Below are positions 58,667 to 64,000 of a stretch of 64,000 bases of DNA, in pieces. How positions within the stretch are numbered: position 1 is the stretch's first letter; each line of letters opens with the position of its first letter. Position numbers and translations under genes: made by a program. A model generated the notes under the pieces. The model did no database searches and had not been told where the DNA came from. It worked only from the letters and a program-made list of their open reading frames with translations. Source of the stretch: Octopus vulgaris (lineage: Eukaryota); NCBI GenBank assembly GCA_951406725.2, contig OX597821.1:116994001-117058000 (forward strand), read 5' to 3'.

Positions 58667-58882
58667 TATAGAATAAAAAATAACTTGAACGTAGTTGTGT
58701 ATTTAATGAAACATTCTGTAAAAGAAAAACTGCTCCCCATATATATAAATATGTGACTATATATACATCTGTATATTTACAGATGCATATGTGTGCAAAA
58801 ATATATATCATATATGTGTTATATAAATATGCATAGATATAGCTGTGTATATTAAAATCATTTTTTGTTTTTTTCATTTCAG

Positions 58883-59070
58883 CTGAACAGACTATCACTC
58901 TAAGTGGAAACAGTTACTATGGTTTCAACATTTCTATCCGGAATGATACTCACCATGTTTCTCCGAATAAGGAACAATTCAAATTAAAATTCAAGAATGA
59001 TCTTTCTCAAAGGGAAGGTCTTTTATGGTATGCCCTTGACAGCTCACGTAAAATATTTTTGTACATCAAG
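58883..59070 (+). CDS. Multi-LamG-like protein, exon H (start of a classical laminin-G domain; absent from ORF track)
   Basis: tttttcatttcag| and aag|gtgagt, phase 1-0, 188 nt. Hand translation EQTITLSGNSYYGFNISIRNDTHHVSPNKEQFKLKFKNDLSQREGLLWYALDSSRKIFLYIK has the LamG F-x-F...GLL-x-Y pattern. Confidence 0.85.
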
Positions 59071-59120
59071 GTGAGTACTTTTTCTGAAGTTGTGTTACTA
59101 GAAAATTCAAACAAATAACT

Positions 59121-59763
59121 TTAACACTCAACTTACCATAGGAGTCACCAGTGACTCCCCATGCTATATTCTTAATATACCATGTGAGTCATCAGTGACT
59201 CACCACACTATATTCTTAATATACCATGGGAGTCACCAGTGACTCTCCACACCACATTTTTAATCTACCACATGAGTCACCAGTGACTACTCACATTATA
59301 TTCTTAATATATCTTGGGAGTCATAAATGACTTTCCACACTATATTTTTGATAAACTATAAGAGTCACCAGTGTTATATTCTTAATATACCATATGAATC
59401 ATAAGTGACTTTCCACACTTTGTTTTTGATATACCATGGGAGTCGCCAGTGACACCCCATGCTGCATTCTTATGCCATGAGAGTCATCAGTGACTCACCA
59501 CACTATATTTTTAATATACGATGGGAGTCACCAGTGACTCTCCACACCACATTTTTAATATACCACAGGAGTCACCAGCGACTCCTCCCATTATATACTT
59601 AATATATCATGGGAGTCATAAATGACTTTCCTCACTATATTTTTGATAAACTATAAGAGTCACCAGTGTTATATTCTTAATATACCATAGGAATCATAAG
59701 TGACTCTCCACACTATGTTTTTGGTATACCATGGGAGTCACCAGTGACTCCCAATGGTGAGTT
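59121..59763. repeat. Minisatellite of about 44-bp units carrying the palindrome gggagtcac-ca-gtgactccc, with about 295-bp higher-order duplication
   Basis: About 14-15 units; the shortened variant ctataagagtcaccagtgttatattc recurs at 59356 and 59651. Confidence 0.9.
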
Positions 59764-60116
59764 CTTTCTCTATGGAACCTCACATTACTGTAGTTCAAAC
59801 TACATTATTTGAATTTTAGGAAATGTACAGAGCACATTTATTTGTATTTCTCAGATGGGTTTTCAATTTGAATCTATAGAAGCTGAAATAGGACAGTAAG
59901 AAGGATGCAGGCCACTGTCATCTCCATCATTTGAGTGCTGCCCTCTGCAAAATAATTTTTCTGAAAAAGAAGCTATTGAGGCTTATATATATAATCTGTT
60001 TTTAAAAATTCATAAATAAATGGAAAAGAAATCTGCAAACAAAATACAGAAATGAACAAATTTCATCAGTGTTTTATCAATTGTTTTGTGATAAAATCTC
60101 TTTGGGTCTCTTGTAG

Positions 60117-60248
60117 GATGGTGACCTTTTCCTGATTATCATTGGACCTGATGGCCAGAAATACAGATGGAAGATGAAGAAGCCAAGTAATGTCACATTT
60201 AATGATGGCCAAATGCACAATGTCCTCTTGCGAAGAGATGGCCACGAG
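60117..60248 (+). CDS. Multi-LamG-like protein, exon I (laminin-G middle; absent from ORF track)
   Basis: ggtctcttgtag| and gag|gtgagg, phase 0-0, 132 nt. DGDLFLIIIGPDGQKYRWKMKKPSNVTFNDGQMHNVLLRRDGHE matches the LamG NDGxWHxVxxxR motif. Confidence 0.88.
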
Positions 60249-61675
60249 GTGAGGCAGTTTGTTTCCTTTTGTTTCTTGTCTCCTTTTTTCCTTCATTTTG
60301 CTATATTCCTGCTCACACTTGCATGGATTTAACATTTACACACACATGCAAACGCATGCACACACAAACACACACACACACAGATGTGTACACAAACACA
60401 TACACACACACAAGCACATACACACATACAAAGACGCATGCACATACACATACACACATGTAAACACAGAAACACACACAAGTACACATACACACATGGA
60501 AATGCATGCACACACACACACAGGCATATACACACATACAAGTTCGAACACATGCAAACGCATGCACACACACACACACATACAGAAACACACACACACA
60601 CACACTAGCACATTTAGCATTCGCTCATGAACACATATACATAAATACTCATACCAAACTGACAAAAATATGCATGTACACACACAAATGTTACACCAGT
60701 GCCGAAGTTTTTAACACGGTGCCACCATACAGAAAACTCCCTTGGTGTGCCACATAAAAAGCACCCAATGTACTCTGTAAAGATATTGGCATTAGAAAGG
60801 GCACACAGCCATAGAAATCATGTTGAAACAGACAGTTGCAGTCTAGTGCAGCTCCCCAGCTGGTCAGCTCCTATCAAACTGTCCAACCCATGCCAGCATA
60901 GAAAATGGATGTGATGATAGTAAATGTGTTTTTCCTTCCATACACTCACACCACATTTGAAAGTATTCACATTGCACACATCATGGAATTTGCCCTCCAC
61001 ACACACACACAAACACTTGTAAAACACATATTACAATTGATGTGTTTAGTAAAAGAGTATCATAAGCGCCACCCTGACCATTTTTGAAGTTAGTATATCA
61101 TTTTCTTTGTTTCGACATCGGATGGTGCTCTTGGCACCCTACTAGCACGGGTACAAGTGCCAGTAAAGCGACACTGGTGGCACAAGTGCCAGTAAGGCGA
61201 CGCTGGTGGCACAAGTGCCAGTAAGGTGCAGTAAGGTTGAAAATCCAACTGAAAATAATTGTACCTCGATGCTATTGACACGACACTCACTCACCCAAAC
61301 TCAGAGTAGAGAGTTTAGTAACACACCACCGTAAGCACACACACTCAATAACTTTGATGTGGTCTCTGTATCAGTTTCTAATATTCCTTGTTACTATCGT
61401 AACGATAATGGGCTATTAAAAAATAATCTACAGATGTGATCCAATTTGTTTGTTTGTTAATCAAAAGTTTTCTCCATTTTCTGATTATATATATTTTCAT
61501 CATGATTCATCACTAGCCACTACACATCCTTTATTTTCTCTCCTTGTTTCTTTCTGTGTTCCATTCTGTGGAAGAACGTAGGCTCAAAACGTTAAAGACT
61601 TTTTCACTTCACGAGTGTTATACTAATACATCTGTTTGTTGTCTACACCACCTGTCTTCGTCTTTTGTGAATTCT

Positions 61676-61724
<49 letters not shown>

Positions 61725-61728
<4 letters not shown>

Positions 61729-62119
61729 CGCCATACTAATATGGCATTCTTATAAAAATAAGAAAAAAGCTGTCCGCTTATTAGCTCCATGAGGCCATCG
61801 CCTTAAGTTAGCTATTTGATACACAAACTGTATCCATATAACCTTCGAACAAGGGAGGTCAGTCGCTCCACACTACTTGACCGGCAGCTACAGACGCGTT
61901 TCGGGGTATTGCTACGCTGCATTGAAAAGGGGCAATACCCCGAAACGCGTCTGTAGCTGCCGGTCAAGTAGTGTGGAGCGACTGACCTCCCTTGTTCGAA
62001 GGTTATATGGATACAGTTTGTGTATCAAATAGCTAACTTAAGGCGATGGCCTCATGGAGCTAATAAGCGGACAGCTTTTTTCTTATTTTTATAAGAATGC
62101 CATATTAGTATGGCGATAA
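61725..62119. repeat. Perfect 188-bp inverted repeat with 19-nt loop (probably PLE-derived), set between (TA)n tracts
   Basis: Arms 61725-61912 and 61932-62119 read as exact reverse complements by eye. Confidence 0.95.
61916..61957 (+). ncRNA. Minimal type-I hammerhead ribozyme motif, U3:A8 core variant (Penelope-like-element type)
   Basis: Stem I GCUGCA/UGUAGC, core UUGAAAA, stem II GGGG-caata-CCCC, GAAA, palindromic stem III ACGCGU, cleavage triplet GUC at 61949-61951. Confidence 0.72.
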
Positions 62120-62177
62120 CTATTATTTTCCGGGAACGCTGCCGCTGTTCTCTTTTAGAGAGACTTAGTAATTTTAA

Positions 62178-62229
<52 letters not shown>

Positions 62230-62234
<5 letters not shown>

Positions 62235-62751
62235 CAAAATCAAAATCAAACCAAATCAAAATCGATGAACATCAATGGAATTTGTATCTTTGTGGTACCA
62301 GTGCCGGTGGCACATAAGAAAACCATCCGAACGTGGCCGTAGCCAGTACCGCATCGACTGGCCTCCATGCTGTGGGCACGTAACAAACACCATCCGATCG
62401 TGGCCGTTAGCCAGCCTCATCTGGCACCTGTGTCAGTGGCACATAAAAAAACACCATCCGAGCGTGGCCATTCGCCAGCCTCATCTGGCACCTGTGTCGG
62501 TGGCACATAAAAAAACACCATCCGAGCGTGGCCGTTCGCCAGCCTCGTCTGGCACCTGTGTCGGTGGCACATAAAATTACCCACTACACTCTCGGAGTGG
62601 TTGGCATTAGGAAGGGCATCCAGCTGTAGAAACACTGCCAGATCTGACTGGCCTGGTGCAGCCTTTGGGGTTTCCAGACCCCAGTTGAACCGTCCAACCC
62701 ATGCTAGCATGGAAAGCGGACGTTAAACGATGATGATGATGATGATGATGA
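62230..62751 (+). mobile_element. Composite retroposon: variable 57-65-bp tandem units plus conserved ~170-bp tail ending in (GAT)n (copies about 520-1040 +, 3655-4035 -, 7139-7458 -, 14270-14495 +, 18040-18662 +, 20046-20548 -, 22805-23250 -, 40395-40690 +, 43932-44140 +, 52152-52540 -)
   Basis: Repeated ggtggcac(a/g)taaaaa-caccatccgagcgtggcc units, then cccactacactctcggagtggttggcattaggaagggcatccagctgtagaaac...ggacgttaaacgatgatgat. Confidence 0.85.
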
Positions 62752-62807
62752 TATAACTCATACTCTATACTCCCCTCAAAAGAAAATGATTATCTAAGTA
62801 ATCATTT

Positions 62808-62923
62808 ACCCTGAAGAAGTCCTACCACCATATAGTTAGAATGTGGTAATTTTTCTTCGCATTAAACCAAATGCTTCGAAATTCCCATCAACTAGATGAT
62901 AGAACTGAAACATATATGTAGGT
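62808..62923 (+). ncRNA. Type-I hammerhead ribozyme motif with long structured stem-II insertion
   Basis: acc-CUGAAGA-agtccta...tagaact-GAAA-catatatg-UA-ggt. Palindromic stem III ACAUAUAUGU; stem I only 3 bp. Confidence 0.55.
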
Positions 62924-63155
62924 TTCGTTTATTTTAATTTATTTTTCTTTGAGCTCTCAATTTCTAATCAATTTATTTGTACTGTTATTTTTTTTAATGT
63001 CATCTTTTTTAACATACAAATAAATTATTAATTACAACTACTTATTCTCCATTTTCTTCTTGTTTTCCCCCTAGATATATATATATATACATATCTATTT
63101 ATACACCTCAAAACATTAATTTTTAAAACTTTTCTTCATCTTTTTATCTTCACAG

Positions 63156-63317
63156 GTTTACTGGAGTGTTGATGACATCTACAGACAAGCTTTCAGTCTG
63201 CCAATTTCCATCAGTCTATTACAACCCAAAGACTACATCTTCATTGGTGGAACCCCTGATAACATTGACTACACCTCATCAGAGGTTAACAAAAACTTCA
63301 AGGGTATTGCAGGCAAT
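63156..63317 (+). CDS. Multi-LamG-like protein, exon J (laminin-G C-part; gene continues beyond window; absent from ORF track)
   Basis: tttttatcttcacag| and aat|gtaagc, phase 0-0, 162 nt. VYWSVDD...DYIFIGGTP...NFKGIAGN matches the LamG VD / (I/L)xIGG.P / FxG motifs. Confidence 0.88.
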
Positions 63318-63349
63318 GTAAGCTGCAAGTTTATTATTATTATTATTAT

Positions 63350-63383
<34 letters not shown>

Positions 63384-63890
63384 TGTAGTAGTAGTAGTAG
63401 TAGGAGGAGGAGGATGAGGCAGTGAGCTGGCAGGCTCCTTAGCATACTGGGCAAAATGCTTACCGGTATTCTGTCTGTCTTTTTGCTCTGAGTTCAAATT
63501 CCACCAAGGTTGACTTTGCCTTTCATCCTTTCAGGGTCAATAAAAGTAGGTACCAGTGAAATACTGGGGTTGATGTAATCGACTCATTCCCTCCCCACAA
63601 AATGACTGCCTTTGTCACAAAATTTGAAACCATCATTATTATAATTATTGAGTGAGAGAGCAGTGCATGCCATCAAAGTGACACGGGTAAAATATACGAA
63701 GCCCAGTATGCCCAACATGACTACCCGTCTGATAAGGGTACACTAGGTACATGCATCACAAACATATGTGCGCCACACGGTGATCTCATATCAAGATAAA
63801 CAGCGCATGACCTTGCAGGTGGGGCCCAGTTAGAATTTCCTTCTCGTCGAGTAACCCATCCCGCTCAAAAGGTCCCTGAATAAGGGTTGT

Positions 63891-64000
63891 TTAACCCTTT
63901 CGTTACCAAACTGCCCAAAGCCGCCCGAAAAAAATTTTGGTTAATGTGACCAAACCGCCCAAACCCGCCCATATTTACCTATTCATATTTAAATGAGAAT
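63891..64000 (+). mobile_element. piggyBac-like MITE left end (matching right ends at about 6050-6066 and 48208-48223)
   Basis: TTAA|CCCTTTCGTTACC; elsewhere ggtaacaaaagggTTAA and gctaaagggTTAA. Confidence 0.55.

Noticed and set aside
59121-59763. CRISPR array
   Set aside because: The spacers are near-identical to each other, there are no cas genes, and the context is a eukaryotic intron; it is a minisatellite.

Overview
Eukaryotic, AT-rich genomic DNA dense in microsatellites and retroposons. The SINE, Helitron and microsatellite content suggests an octopus-like cephalopod; this is inferred from repeat character, not from a search. The window is spanned by one + strand gene, incomplete at both ends. 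I can delimit 10 GT-AG exons (4298-63317; 4250 coding nt, about 1416 aa). They encode six tandem LamG-like/concanavalin-A/pentraxin-type jelly-roll domains with a C-x6-C-x2-G motif, mostly one per symmetric phase-1 exon. A classical laminin-G domain follows, split over three short exons that the ORF track misses. The introns hold tRNA-derived SINEs, a VNTR-containing retroposon family, non-autonomous Helitrons, piggyBac-like MITE ends and fragments of CR1-, RTE-, R4/Dong- and Penelope-type retroelements. The most unusual non-coding signal is a set of type-I hammerhead-ribozyme motifs. One has a compensated U3:A8 core and sits at the apex of a perfect 188-bp palindrome; others have long stem-II insertions. 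There are also several long inverted repeats and a CRISPR-looking palindromic minisatellite. Most ORF-track entries are microsatellite or SINE artefacts.
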